Positions 1 to 9,372 of a DNA stretch of 32,000 bases are shown here, piece after piece. Made by a program: the position numbers and the translations under genes. The notes beneath the pieces are model-generated. The model did no database searches, had not been told where the DNA came from, and was given only the letters and a program-made list of their open reading frames with translations. How positions within the stretch are numbered: position 1 is the stretch's first letter; each line of letters starts with the position of its first letter. The DNA lies in the NCBI GenBank assembly GCA_050749405.1, contig JBOGRD010000006.1, positions 60,892 to 92,891 of the forward strand, read 5' to 3'. Origin of the DNA: Nitrosotalea sp. (GTDB lineage: Archaea; Thermoproteota; Nitrososphaeria; Nitrososphaerales; Nitrosopumilaceae).

Positions 1-1
1 T

Positions 2-1696
2 CTTGTTATTGCAGACGAGGTACATTTGCTAGGGGATGAAGATAGGGGACCAACACTTGACATTGTACTCACAAAACTAATGTTACTTCAGAAAAAACCG
101 CAGATACTTGCACTTAGTGCAACCGTAACTAACGCTGATGAGATAGCAAAGTGGCTTGGCTGCAAACTTGTGGAAAGCAACTGGAGGCCAGTTCCTCTCT
201 GGGAAGGAGTTTGCGAGCAGGATATGGTAACAATGCAGAACAAGAAGAATTTTCAGATTGAAACAAGCATCAGGGGGGCATCAGTTGACCTGGGCCTGGA
301 TTCTCTCAAAAATGGAGGACAAGCAATCCTTTTTGCTGAAACTAGAGCGCGTTCTGTATCTCTTGCAACAAAGGCATCTGATGCAGTCTCAAAACATATT
401 ACAGAAGAAGAGAAGAAAATTCTAGAACAAATCTCGCAAAGACTCCTTGAAGACAATGAACATACAGAACTAATTAGGAACCTGGCAACGCTAGTGAAAA
501 AAGGTGTTGCATTTCACCATGCAGGGTTGAACCAGAATTGCAGAGACATTATAGAGTCAGAATTTAGGAATCGAAGAATAAAGATCCTCGCTTCTACACC
601 GACACTGGCTGCTGGAGTGAATCTTCCAGCACGAAGAGTAGTAATTTCCAGTATCAATAGATATGACGTAAAATATGGAGTCAACAAACCTATCAGCATT
701 CTAGAATACAAACAGCTTTCTGGCAGAGCTGGGCGGCCCCAGTATGATGAATACGGAGAATCTATTATTGTTGGAAGTTCTAACAGTGATGATCTCTTTG
801 ATTATTACATCAATGGCACACCAGAACCGATTTCTTCAAAACTCACAGATGACAATGCACTACGAATTCACATATTGAGTCTGGTTTCAACTACCCCAGG
901 AATAAAAAACGAAGAAATTGTTGATTTTTTTTCAAAAACACTTTCGGGATCCCAGGAAAGAAAACCAACTATAAAATTCAAGATTCAGATAGCATTACGC
1001 TATCTTGAACTAGAAGAACTCTTGAAACAAAAAGGAGGTAGATTCATCGCAACAGAATTTGGCAAAAAGACTTCGACTCTGTACATAGATCCACTAACAG
1101 CTGTTTATTTTAGGAAAACACTGAAACAAATTTCAAAAGGCAGGAAACATACTCTTGGGATATTACATATTATCACAAGTTGTGAAGATTTTTTTCCCAA
1201 GTTTTCATTGAGGAACAAGGATTATGAACTACTCAGCACACTTCTTGAAAACTATTCTGATCAATTGATTGAAAACATCTCAGAATATGATTGTAATCGA
1301 AGCCTACTTGCAACGCATGCTTGGATTACTGAATCAAGCGAGATCTTTCTTTCTGATAACTTGGGTATAGAATCAGGAGACATGCACAGGATGTCTGAAA
1401 CAGCAGACTGGCTTATTCATGCATTTTATGAGATTGCAAAGCTTGAGAAGCTAAATCATGTAATGGACCAATTAGATGCCTTACGAACTAGAATGGTATA
1501 TGGAATAAAAGAAGAACTCGTTGATCTTGTCAGAGTGCGGGGCATTGGAAGAATACGTGCAAGAATTCTGTACAAGAATGGAATTAAGAACCTGGACGAA
1601 TTAGTGTCGATTCCTGTTGAAAAACTTGCCAAAATTGATAAGATTGGGCTTGGAATTGCAGAAAACATAAAGACACAACTCAAAAAGGTAAGATGA
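2..1696 (+). CDS. hel308: Ski2/Hel308-type DNA helicase, 5' end outside the window
   Basis: Frame is open from the window edge. First codons read LVIADEVHLLGD (DEVH box, motif II), then LSATVTN (motif III) and QLSGRAGRPQYD (motif VI-like). C-terminal GIGRIRARILYKNGI is a helix-hairpin-helix-like tail typical of archaeal Hel308. Confidence 0.9.
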   Translation, partial: LVIADEVHLLGDEDRGPTLDIVLTKLMLLQKKPQILALSATVTNADEIAKWLGCKLVESNWRPVPLWEGVCEQDMVTMQNKKNFQIETSIRGASVDLGLDSLKNGGQAILFAETRARSVSLATKASDAVSKHITEEEKKILEQISQRLLEDNEHTELIRNLATLVKKGVAFHHAGLNQNCRDIIESEFRNRRIKILASTPTLAAGVNLPARRVVISSINRYDVKYGVNKPISILEYKQLSGRAGRPQYDEYGESIIVGSSNSDDLFDYYINGTPEPISSKLTDDNALRIHILSLVSTTPGIKNEEIVDFFSKTLSGSQERKPTIKFKIQIALRYLELEELLKQKGGRFIATEFGKKTSTLYIDPLTAVYFRKTLKQISKGRKHTLGILHIITSCEDFFPKFSLRNKDYELLSTLLENYSDQLIENISEYDCNRSLLATHAWITESSEIFLSDNLGIESGDMHRMSETADWLIHAFYEIAKLEKLNHVMDQLDALRTRMVYGIKEELVDLVRVRGIGRIRARILYKNGIKNLDELVSIPVEKLAKIDKIGLGIAENIKTQLKKVR

Positions 1697-2688
1697 TGCT
1701 TGATAAAACAATAGCGGCTATAGTAGTTTCAGCCATAGCATTTGTTACGGTTTACGCCATTACTCCAATTCTTATCAAAATTCTCGAAAAAAGAAAACTT
1801 GTAGTCAAAGATTACAATAGAGTCGGGGGAGCGATGGTGGTAAGGCCTGGCGGTCCATCCATTCTTGCAGGAATCCTGGTCTCAGAACTTGTTCTTTACG
1901 CATTTTTTTCTTCAATAGAAGTACTGGCAATAATTCTTACCACTTTTCTAGCATTTCTTGTAGGTTTGGCCGATGACAGAAAAGTACTGGGCGGGTGGTT
2001 CAAACCTATTGCTCTAGCAGCTACTGCAATTCCAATAATTTTGTTAGGAGCGCATGGTTCACATTTGGACTTTCCACTGTTTGGTTCTGTTAAGATTCCT
2101 GAATTGTATCTTGCCTTGATAGTTATCATGATTCCAATTACTGGAAATACGATAAATTCTATTGACGTACTAAATGGTGTTGCAAGTGGATTTATGACAA
2201 TTGCTAGTTTTGCGCTCACGATATCATTATTCATCGTTCATCATTATGACATAGCTATAGCAAGTTTGCCTCTAGGTTTTGTATCTCTTGCTTTTTACAA
2301 ATATCACAAGTTTCCTAGCAGAATATTTCCTGGTGATTCCGGCGCACTCACCTTAGGTGCTATGTATGGAGCAATTGCTATAGTAGGTCATGTAGAAATA
2401 ATTGCGGCAGTTGCTTTGTTACCGGCAGTAATAAACTCATTTCTATTTCTGTCAAGCGTGAAACGAATAGTTGAACACAGGCAACTAAAATCAAGCCCTG
2501 TAGAGCATACCGAAGATTTCAAACTGAAAGCCACTGAACACAAAGATGCTCCGGTTACATTGGTGCGTTTGATTGTAGCTAATGGGCCTATGACGGAAAA
2601 AGAGGTAGGATTTACAATTTTCAAGCTGGCACTATTTTCAGCTGCACTTGCAATCATTACGGCATTTATGACAGGTATCAAGATATGA
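1693..2688 (+). CDS. Polyprenyl-phosphate N-acetylhexosamine-1-phosphate transferase (glycosyltransferase family 4, MraY/WecA/AglH-like)
   Basis: Polytopic membrane protein with GLADDRK, NTINSIDVLNGVASG and FPGDSGALTLG motifs characteristic of the GPT/MraY superfamily. ATGA start/stop overlap with hel308. Confidence 0.85.
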   Translation: MMLDKTIAAIVVSAIAFVTVYAITPILIKILEKRKLVVKDYNRVGGAMVVRPGGPSILAGILVSELVLYAFFSSIEVLAIILTTFLAFLVGLADDRKVLGGWFKPIALAATAIPIILLGAHGSHLDFPLFGSVKIPELYLALIVIMIPITGNTINSIDVLNGVASGFMTIASFALTISLFIVHHYDIAIASLPLGFVSLAFYKYHKFPSRIFPGDSGALTLGAMYGAIAIVGHVEIIAAVALLPAVINSFLFLSSVKRIVEHRQLKSSPVEHTEDFKLKATEHKDAPVTLVRLIVANGPMTEKEVGFTIFKLALFSAALAIITAFMTGIKI

Positions 2689-2912
2689 GAGGGCAGATCT
2701 TTGTATATGTCTTCATAATGTGGTTGATGATTCTAGCCGGTGGAGGCCTTCTCGTTGTAACAATTGCACCACTTACAATACACGACTTTGGAAATAATGA
2801 ATTTTTAGATTCGGGCATAAAAGCAGTTATTGCTGTATTTCTTGTTGTGCTTTGGATCTTTATCATGTCAAAGATAAAGAACTGGATATTTCACAAACAA
2901 ATCAAAGGTTAG
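2685..2912 (+). CDS. Small membrane protein, unknown function
   Basis: 75-aa ORF with two clear hydrophobic helices. ATGA overlap with the upstream GT4 gene suggests translational coupling. Confidence 0.45.
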   Translation: MRGQIFVYVFIMWLMILAGGGLLVVTIAPLTIHDFGNNEFLDSGIKAVIAVFLVVLWIFIMSKIKNWIFHKQIKG

Positions 2913-3385
2913 CTATCTTCCCAATCTTTCTTCTTTTTGTCGTATTCTTCACGGGAATACTTGATTTTGGCCGGAACTCCAGCAACTACTGTATTTGCAG
3001 GCACGTCTTTGATAACTACCGCACCCATTGCCACCACACTATTTTTTCCAACTGTTACTCCAGCTTTTATGACAGCTCTTGAGCCTATCACTGCACCATC
3101 TTCTATGGTAACTCCAACCATTTTCTTACTTGTTGGATATGGGTCATTTGTCAGGGCAGCGGCAGGTCCTATGAAAACATTTTTTCCTATTCTGGAGAGA
3201 GGAGGAATGTATGCCATGCCTTCTATCATTGTATTGTCTCCAATCTTTACATTGTAATCCACATGGGCCAGAGACCCAATCTTTACGTTGTCTCCAATCT
3301 CTGCATTGTCACCCACATATGCAAAATGCCATATTTTCACATTCTTTCCCATTTTTGCTTTCTCTGATACAAAATTTGTAACCAT
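2909..3385 (-). CDS. Left-handed beta-helix (hexapeptide repeat) sugar N-acetyltransferase
   Basis: Repeated [LIV]-G-x-x-x-x hexapeptides (VKIWHFAYVGDNAEIGDNVKIGSLAHVDYNVKIGDNTMI...VIGSRAVIKAGVTVGKNSVVAMGAVV). Length and pattern resemble WbbJ/WbpD-type acetyltransferases. Confidence 0.85.
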   Translation of the reverse strand: MVTNFVSEKAKMGKNVKIWHFAYVGDNAEIGDNVKIGSLAHVDYNVKIGDNTMIEGMAYIPPLSRIGKNVFIGPAAALTNDPYPTSKKMVGVTIEDGAVIGSRAVIKAGVTVGKNSVVAMGAVVIKDVPANTVVAGVPAKIKYSREEYDKKKKDWEDS

Positions 3386-3391
3386 CTTTCA

Positions 3392-3661
3392 TCACAAATG
3401 CCAAGGAGAGCTCTTGTTGACAATCTTTTCTGGTAGTTTGTCTTTGTACTTTTTCAAGAATTCTATCTCTTGATTTTTGTCTCTTAGTTCATCTGGTAGC
3501 ATGATGGGAATCTCATCTATTATGGGATAAAATCGGGAACACTTGGAACAAAATATCACGCCTTCAGAAATAATGTCTTCTTTTGATAAAACCTCGAAAA
3601 TATCAAGTGGAAAATGTTTGTCTATTGGACATGCAAGAATTTCCATCATTTTCTTGTTCAT
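3392..3661 (-). CDS. Trm112-family small zinc-ribbon-like protein
   Basis: MEILACPIDKHFPL ... CSKCSRFYPIIDEIPIMLPDE is the typical Trm112/YbaR pattern. ATGA overlap with the upstream oxidoreductase. Confidence 0.75.
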   Translation of the reverse strand: MNKKMMEILACPIDKHFPLDIFEVLSKEDIISEGVIFCSKCSRFYPIIDEIPIMLPDELRDKNQEIEFLKKYKDKLPEKIVNKSSPWHL

Positions 3662-4593
3662 TTGAGATCTAGATAAATTGGAGTTCCTTTGTGGCTAGAT
3701 AAAAGTGCTGCCTCAGCTATCTTTGTTGTATTTAATGCGTCTTCTGGCCTTACTCTTATGTTTTCTTTACCCTCTGATGAAGCGATAAAATTTTTAATTT
3801 CCAAAAGAAGCGGCTCTTCTGTACCTTTTCGTGGTATTTCAGCTCCAGTATTGGTTTCTATCTTTATTTCCTGCGTGATAAAATCAGAAGAAATTATCGC
3901 ATCGCCACAAACCGCATTGAATCTTCTAACTTTAATTGGAGTTATCCAGTTTGATGAAATAATGGCTACTTTGTTTTCTCTAAAACCTAGCATTATTGTA
4001 GCAAAATCTTCATGTTCATGTCTTATTCTGCCGGATCTTGCAAAGACCACTTCTGGAACATCATCGAAAAGCCACATGGCTGTATCTATGTCGTGAACTG
4101 AAGTATCGTAAATTATCCCGACATCTTTGATGTGAGGAGGCATTCTGTTTTCTCGATGAAATTCTAGCATTATGAGCTCTCCATATTTTTTTGTCTTGAC
4201 GTATTCCTTTACAAGCGAGACTGCTGGGTTGAATCTCTCAATGTATCCTGATGTTAGGATTACCTTGTTCTTCTTTGCTAATTCTAGTAGTTCATCGCCC
4301 TCACGTGAAAGATATGTCATGGGTTTTTCGACAAATACATTTTTCTTCTTTTGTAGCAAAGTCTTGGCAATTTCAAAATGAGTTGATGTGGGGGTACAAA
4401 CAAAGGCAGCATCAAATTGCTCTGATCCTAAGAGGGAATCAATGCTAGAGTAGTGGTTAACAGAGTATTTTGATCCAAATTCCTTGGCTTTTGATAAATC
4501 TGCGTCACAGATTGCCGAAAGAACTCCAAGTTGGGAAAGAATTCTTGCATGATTCTTGCCAAAACCTCCAACACCAATTTGTACAATTTTCAT
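3658..4593 (-). CDS. Gfo/Idh/MocA-family NAD(P)-dependent oxidoreductase (sugar dehydrogenase-like)
   Basis: N-terminal Rossmann motif MKIVQIGVGGFGKNHA, then VCTPTSTHFEIAKTLLQKKKNVFVEKP (the family EKP motif). Confidence 0.85.
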   Translation of the reverse strand: MKIVQIGVGGFGKNHARILSQLGVLSAICDADLSKAKEFGSKYSVNHYSSIDSLLGSEQFDAAFVCTPTSTHFEIAKTLLQKKKNVFVEKPMTYLSREGDELLELAKKNKVILTSGYIERFNPAVSLVKEYVKTKKYGELIMLEFHRENRMPPHIKDVGIIYDTSVHDIDTAMWLFDDVPEVVFARSGRIRHEHEDFATIMLGFRENKVAIISSNWITPIKVRRFNAVCGDAIISSDFITQEIKIETNTGAEIPRKGTEEPLLLEIKNFIASSEGKENIRVRPEDALNTTKIAEAALLSSHKGTPIYLDLK

Positions 4594-4594
4594 T

Positions 4595-5512
4595 TCAATA
4601 CACTGGTGTTATCCAGCTGGAATGCCTTTTGTTTCTTCCCATTGCAATTTCCGAATATGCTCTCTGTATTTTCTGTGTTATTTTTCCAACTTTGCCATCT
4701 CCGACTCTTTTGCCATCGACTGAAACAATAGGTGTTATCTCTGCCGCGGTACCTGTCAAAAACACCTCATCAGCAAAATAAATTTCTGTTCTTGGAATAT
4801 CCCGTTCTGTCGTTTCGTAGCCAAGATCTTTTGCTATTTTGATTACCGAATCTCTTGTAATTCCTTCTAGCGCAGAAGAACTGGAAGACGGTGTCAGTAA
4901 TTTCTCATCTCTTAGAATGAATATGTTCTCACCAGGAGCTTCGCTGATGTTTCCAAGATGATCTAATAGGATAGCTTCATCGTATCCATTTCTCTTACAC
5001 TCTTGGGTTGCCAATATTGAATTCAGATAATTACCACCCATCTTTGCAAGGGGGGGAGTGGAAATATCTTGGATCCTCCTCCATGACGAAACACCTGCTC
5101 TAATCCCATTTTTGTTGAATAGATCTCCAAAGGGAAACATCGCAATTGCTGCGTGAGTTGGGCTGCTTTCTGTTACATGTAGATTTATTCCATATCGTCC
5201 TACAAAGTAAAACGGTCGTATGTAACATGATTCTCTTACATTGTTTTTCTTGCAGAGTCCTATTATTGCATCAGCTATCTGTTTGTCTGTAAATCTTAGT
5301 GAAATGGAATACACCTTTCCTGAATTTCTAAATCTTTTGATATGGTCCTGTAATCTGAAAATGTAGAGGTTTTTTGAATTCCAATACCCACGTAATCCCT
5401 CAAAAACCGAAGTTCCATAATGAACGGCGTGGGTCATTACAGAAACTTTTGCTTCATCATCCTTTACAAACTTCCCATCAAACCAAACAAACTTTGGAAC
5501 AAAAGTTTTCAT
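4595..5512 (-). CDS. ilvE: Branched-chain amino acid aminotransferase (PLP fold type IV)
   Basis: VHYGTSVFEGLRGY, GGNYLNSILA and EAPGENIFI...LTGTAAEITPV motifs of class IV aminotransferases. ATG at 5512 is preferred over the TTG at 5524 used by the ORF track. Confidence 0.85.
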   Translation of the reverse strand: MKTFVPKFVWFDGKFVKDDEAKVSVMTHAVHYGTSVFEGLRGYWNSKNLYIFRLQDHIKRFRNSGKVYSISLRFTDKQIADAIIGLCKKNNVRESCYIRPFYFVGRYGINLHVTESSPTHAAIAMFPFGDLFNKNGIRAGVSSWRRIQDISTPPLAKMGGNYLNSILATQECKRNGYDEAILLDHLGNISEAPGENIFILRDEKLLTPSSSSSALEGITRDSVIKIAKDLGYETTERDIPRTEIYFADEVFLTGTAAEITPIVSVDGKRVGDGKVGKITQKIQRAYSEIAMGRNKRHSSWITPVY

Positions 5513-5547
5513 ATACAAAACCAATTCTGTCTATAATTAATCTATTT

Positions 5548-6144
5548 CTACCAAAACCCTATACTTGGAAATTTCATGCCAAGTATCCTATATGTTAGGT
5601 CAGGCGCATTTGCAAATTTCTTAACAACATCCCAATTTTCGTGTATGATCTTTACGATTTCAGGTTCTACATACCTTTCCCAATCAGTATCCTTTCCCAT
5701 TGCAGATTCGAACATTTTTTGTTTTACAAATGAGGCCGATGTTTCTTTTCTTTGACCAACCCTTGGGTTCAATCCATAAATCCTTAGTACAAAGGCTTCT
5801 GCCTTGTCTCCAGTATACGTAAAGTAATCTGTTTTAATTCCGTCTAAAATTTGCTTTTTGATGTTCCATGAATAAGGTGAAAGTAATGGAGGCATATATT
5901 TTGAAAATGGTGAATAAAACGTGTAATTGGATGATATGGATATAGTGTCTCCAAACACTGATTCAAGCATTTTTTTCCTCAACTCATAACTGAATGGAAA
6001 ACTCTTACTGTTGATTTCATTGCCATCAATTCTGAATATGACTGGAAAAACCCTCACTTCGCTGTCTTTTTTTAATTCATTGATGATTTCAACGTGGGCT
6101 TTGGTAACAGGATTTAGATGAGCAAGGTAGATCGAGACTGTCAA
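5548..6144 (-). CDS. Nucleotidyltransferase-fold protein (NMNAT/cytidylyltransferase-like, degenerate HxGH motif)
   Basis: N-terminal IYLAHLNPVTKAHVEIINEL parallels the GRFQPFHxGH nucleotide-binding motif, and a late SASFVKQKM resembles the ISxTxIR motif. Apparent TTG start. Confidence 0.45.
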   Translation of the reverse strand: MTVSIYLAHLNPVTKAHVEIINELKKDSEVRVFPVIFRIDGNEINSKSFPFSYELRKKMLESVFGDTISISSNYTFYSPFSKYMPPLLSPYSWNIKKQILDGIKTDYFTYTGDKAEAFVLRIYGLNPRVGQRKETSASFVKQKMFESAMGKDTDWERYVEPEIVKIIHENWDVVKKFANAPDLTYRILGMKFPSIGFW

Positions 6145-6217
6145 TTATCTTCTATATTTGTCTGGTATATTTCAATCCTTGATTGAATTTGATCAAAATA
6201 TTCCAATTTGTGGAAAA

Positions 6218-6291
6218 TGGGGACGATGGGACTTGAACCCACGACATCCAGCGCCCGAGGCTGGCAGTCTGCCAAGCTAACCTACGTCCCC
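6218..6291 (-). tRNA. tRNA-Pro (anticodon CGG)
   Basis: Reverse complement folds as GGGGACG/CGTCCCC acceptor, anticodon arm CCAGC-CTCGGGC-GCTGG (CGG with G37), T arm GTGGG-TTCAAGT-CCCAT and discriminator A. No encoded CCA. Confidence 0.9.
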
Positions 6292-6339
6292 GTAGTCTCG
6301 CCAGAATGATAGAATATTATCTTTTCAAATGAAACTTGA

Positions 6340-7179
6340 CTATCCGTATGACTCGTATTTTATCTCGAAGCTTTTGTCAGGTCTCTTGTTTCTCTCAGTT
6401 ACAAATCCTTTTGGAGTCAACACATCGAGACATCCATCTATGGTTCCTTGCCAACCGCAAATGAAAAACACGGTATTTTCCTCGGTAATTTTTTCTCCTA
6501 CCAGTTTCTCAAGCGTCGACATCTCTCCATTTTTTGATTGCAAGAAAGTCTCAACTCTCCCTTTTTGTCCATTCCAAGTTCTGTTGAACCATTCGTCAGG
6601 TCGACTGATGGTTGATCTATATCTGAAGCTCCACTTGTCTTTGCCACGGTCTAGACTCTCGTCTTCAAGATGAGTCAGTTCCTCTCTGTAACCAAGCTCG
6701 TCAACATAGCTTGCACCGTGCAAAACAACTATCTCTCTTTTGCTTCCAGTATCATGAAGGTGACGTGCATAACTGACAAACGGGGCTAAACCAGTACCTC
6801 CACCTAGACAAACAATTCTTCTGTTGTCTGGTTCACCATTTGGTTTCTTTTCTTCAATGGTAAATGCCCCGGTAGGTTTTATCCAAGTAATTTCATCGCC
6901 TTCTTTTGCGCTAAATAAAACTGTTGTAAGGCGACCAGGAAGCGGTTTTCTGACCCATCTTATGTATAATTCGATGTACTTTCTGTTTTCCGGATTTGAG
7001 GCAATCGAATAAGCTCTTCTTATCACCTTGTTCTCTGATTGTACATGGGTACCTAGAGTTAAAAATTGGCCTGGCTTGTATTGAGGCAGTTCTCCTTCTT
7101 TTGGTTTAAATCTGAAAACTGCTAAATCTTCTTTTTGAATTTGAATGTAGGAGACTATTGCTTTGCTTTCTACTACCAC
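6340..7179 (-). CDS. Ferredoxin-NADP+ reductase-type FAD/NAD(P)-binding oxidoreductase
   Basis: RRAYSIAS (RxYS FAD-binding motif), GGGTGLAPF (NAD(P)-binding glycine motif) and a C-terminal aromatic tail YESYG. Confidence 0.85.
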   Translation of the reverse strand: MVVESKAIVSYIQIQKEDLAVFRFKPKEGELPQYKPGQFLTLGTHVQSENKVIRRAYSIASNPENRKYIELYIRWVRKPLPGRLTTVLFSAKEGDEITWIKPTGAFTIEEKKPNGEPDNRRIVCLGGGTGLAPFVSYARHLHDTGSKREIVVLHGASYVDELGYREELTHLEDESLDRGKDKWSFRYRSTISRPDEWFNRTWNGQKGRVETFLQSKNGEMSTLEKLVGEKITEENTVFFICGWQGTIDGCLDVLTPKGFVTERNKRPDKSFEIKYESYG

Positions 7180-7311
7180 GCGAAGAATTCTATTCTGGAT
7201 AGTTAAATATCTTATGCTATTTTGGTCAAGCTGATTTTCTGGGTCACGCTAAACGTTAATAACCTCACAAAAAAAGTTAATGCAAATCAGATTCATACTC
7301 TGATTAAAATC

Positions 7312-7385
7312 GGGCCGGTCGTCTAGCCTAGTAGGATACGCCCTTGGCATGGGTGAGATCGTGGGTTCAAATCCCACCCGGTCCA
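7312..7385 (+). tRNA. tRNA-Ala (anticodon GGC)
   Basis: Acceptor GGGCCGG/CCGGTCC includes the G3:U70 alanine identity pair. Anticodon arm CGCCC-TTGGCAT-GGGTG, T arm GTGGG-TTCAAAT-CCCAC, discriminator A. Confidence 0.92.
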
Positions 7386-7391
7386 CCTTCT
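7370..7391 (+). repeat. att core copy 1 (3' end of tRNA-Ala plus 6 nt): aatcccacccggtccaccttct
   Basis: Exact 22-bp match to 12371..12392. Imperfect homology continues for about 115 more bp on the right of both copies. Confidence 0.85.
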
Positions 7392-7429
7392 TTGTGATAA
7401 GAGACAGGTCACAGTCCGAGACCATTTTT

Positions 7430-8047
7430 CTACACCACTGCCTTGTCTTTTGGCAAAGTCGCAACAAATCGCCAGCCCTGCGAGATTAGCGTCTCTGCTT
7501 GATCAAGTGCCACAACCATCTGAGTTGGTTGCAAGCTGGATTTGTTTGAGTTTGCTTGTTCTTCTTTTGTTACATTGCTGCTTTGCATCTCAAGATCAAG
7601 CAACTCCTCGCTTCGCCTGAACGCTTGACGCATCTCTTCAATCAATGCATCGGGCAAGAGTCCCTTGTTTGTTGTATACTTGGCTTCCATGCTTCCCTTG
7701 TGACCCATGAAGAAGACGCGAAAGTCATGTGCGATCTTTCCCCTTGATTCCGCCACGAGAAGCTGTGTGTCAAAGTAAGCCCTGAACACATACGGTCTCC
7801 ATGCAAACCTTGGTCGTAGTGCATCACGTATGTCTTGGGTTATCTTGCTTGTTGGAAGAAACTTTTTGCTGCTATTGTTTTCCCGGTATGTCTTGTAGTT
7901 TGTATCAGGCGCTATCAATGGCGAGTCCTGTGTCAAGGTTTCACCTCTTGCGAGTCTGTCGTTGAGGTATGCAAGGATCTTTTGTATCCCATTCCCTGTC
8001 AGGAACGTAAAGTATTGGTGTCTTGCCTTTGAAAGCGTCCTTCTCAC
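7430..8047 (-). pseudogene. Tyrosine recombinase (integrase), catalytic C-terminal part only; N-terminus cut off by the IS insertion
   Basis: RPYVFRAYFDTQL and HDFRVFFMGHKGSMEAKYT fit the R...HxxR...H...Y catalytic pattern. There is no ATG start, and the frame stops being readable exactly at the IS inverted repeat (8048). The stop codon lies 45 bp from the tRNA-Ala 3' end. G+C is visibly higher than in the flanking core. Confidence 0.75.
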
Positions 8048-8935
8048 GGTTGTCTAGAAACCATCCACAATAAACAAGAAATTACACACATTCTATGACA
8101 GTTGTAAGCCAGCACACGATACAGCAACTCCCTTGTCATCATGGTACCATTACGTGCCATGATCTCAGAGCCAAACCTTCGCTTTATCACAGAAAATATC
8201 GTCTCACACTTGTTCCTCTGATGATACAGGGTATCATCAAAGGTACTTCTCATCTGTTTTCTGTACCTGCCTCTTGTGCGGTAAGCCCAGCGGCCTTGAT
8301 ACCTTCTGACAGGAATCATCGATAACATATCGCGGTCCCGGATGGACTGGTGCACCCATTCTGCATCGTATCCTGCATCCAGTACAAACATCCGCGGTCT
8401 TGCAAACGATAACACCCGTTCCAGCATTCTGTGGGAAATATCTTATCTCATGAGATACCGTATTGTGTCGTATCACTACCGCTATGATAAGCTGCGTCTC
8501 CATGTCAGAGCCTGCAGAAAGTTTTGTGTACGAGTGCCTCAGGGAACAGCGGTACGTGTAGTACGAGGCGGCATGGCCGTCCTCAAATCCTGTCGCATCG
8601 ACGCCTGCAAATATTTTTCCAGGAGATACCATTCCGATGAATCTGCCTACTGCCAGATGCAGCATGGTGCTGCTCAGTCTGGATGCCACCTTTTGCAGTG
8701 TGGTATAATGCGGAATCCTTGACAGTCCAAGCATCAATACCAGGTCAGAGGAGACCTCAAGCATCTCAACAAACAACTCGTAGCTTTTTGATTCGTACTG
8801 TCTTAATACCAGCATGATAACATGCTGGTGTAGGGTAAAGATGTGGTTCGACTTTTTGTGAAAATAAAGTGGAACCCGCATCTTTGCTAGAATCTGGCGC
8901 ATTATGGAGATGATGCGCTGGTACTTGTTTTTCAT
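8044..8935 (-). CDS. IS transposase (DDE, YREK signature) split over two overlapping frames (8237..8935 and 8044..8427)
   Basis: The upstream frame carries FAGVDATGFE (first D). The downstream frame carries FVLDAGYDAEW (second D) and YHQRNKCETIFSVIKRRFG, an exact Y-x2-R-x3-E-x6-K signature. The frame switch lies near 8400-8450 and is either a programmed frameshift or an inactivating mutation. Confidence 0.8.
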
Positions 8936-9022
8936 GGGGTGCCAAACGGCACCCTACAAAATGGATCTGACTGTTGATTATGATCTACAATGTTATCAAA
9001 ATTGGATGGTTTCTAGACAGCC
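8048..9022 (-). mobile_element. Insertion sequence (IS4/IS5 superfamily), about 975 bp
   Basis: Terminal inverted repeats ggttgtctagaaaccatcc (8048-8066) and ggatggtttctagacagcc (9004-9022) match 18/19, with 16 perfect. They enclose a DDE transposase. G+C is much higher than the surrounding DNA. Confidence 0.85.
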
Positions 9023-9069
9023 CTAAAGTGATCAATTTTTTATAGAAGATTCGTCTATTATGAAGTCCA

Positions 9070-9363
9070 ATGACAACTGAAATCATGATTAAAAGACATC
9101 TGAAAAAGAAAGAATCTTGCGATGTCTTCGAACCCAGCATGAAAACTTTATCGCGAATCACGAAAGTGTTGTTGGAAAAAAAGTATGTTGGTAAGACAAA
9201 TCTGTCACTTGAAACAAATTTGCATTATGGCAGACTTTCTAGACATCTTGATTGGCTTGAAAAAAAACATCTCATAGAACCTATAATTAGAGACAACAAG
9301 ATCAATCTTGTTTTGACCAGTGATGGGGTCCAGTTTGCCTCAATACTCAGTGATGTAATTTAG
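9070..9363 (+). CDS. Small winged-helix DNA-binding protein (archaeal wHTH regulator-like)
   Basis: 97 aa. TNLSLETNLHYGRLSRHLDWLEKKHLIEP...LVLTSDGVQF has the helix-turn-helix plus beta-wing pattern of small archaeal wHTH proteins. Confidence 0.55.
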   Translation: MTTEIMIKRHLKKKESCDVFEPSMKTLSRITKVLLEKKYVGKTNLSLETNLHYGRLSRHLDWLEKKHLIEPIIRDNKINLVLTSDGVQFASILSDVI

Positions 9364-9372
9364 TAATATGCA

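Noticed and set aside
253-4781. Numerous antisense or alternate-frame ORFs in the track inside hel308, the GT4 gene, the acetyltransferase, the oxidoreductase and ilvE (for example 253..456, 514..711, 1456..1683, 1896..2234, 2388..2681, 2678..2866, 2852..3082, 2937..3257, 3689..4096, 4172..4381, 4470..4781)
   Set aside because: Each lies fully within a longer ORF that carries strong family motifs on the other strand or frame. Their translations are low-complexity (Ser/Phe/Ile-rich), as expected for shadow ORFs in AT-rich DNA.
7249-7467. 72-aa minus-strand ORF covering the tRNA-Ala gene
   Set aside because: It overlaps a well-folding tRNA and the att region, and its translation has no recognisable features. 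I treat it as spurious.
8040-9030. Target-site duplication flanking the IS
   Set aside because: The flanks (cttctcac on the left, ctaaagtg on the right) share no direct repeat, so no TSD is claimed. The absence may reflect an adjacent deletion.
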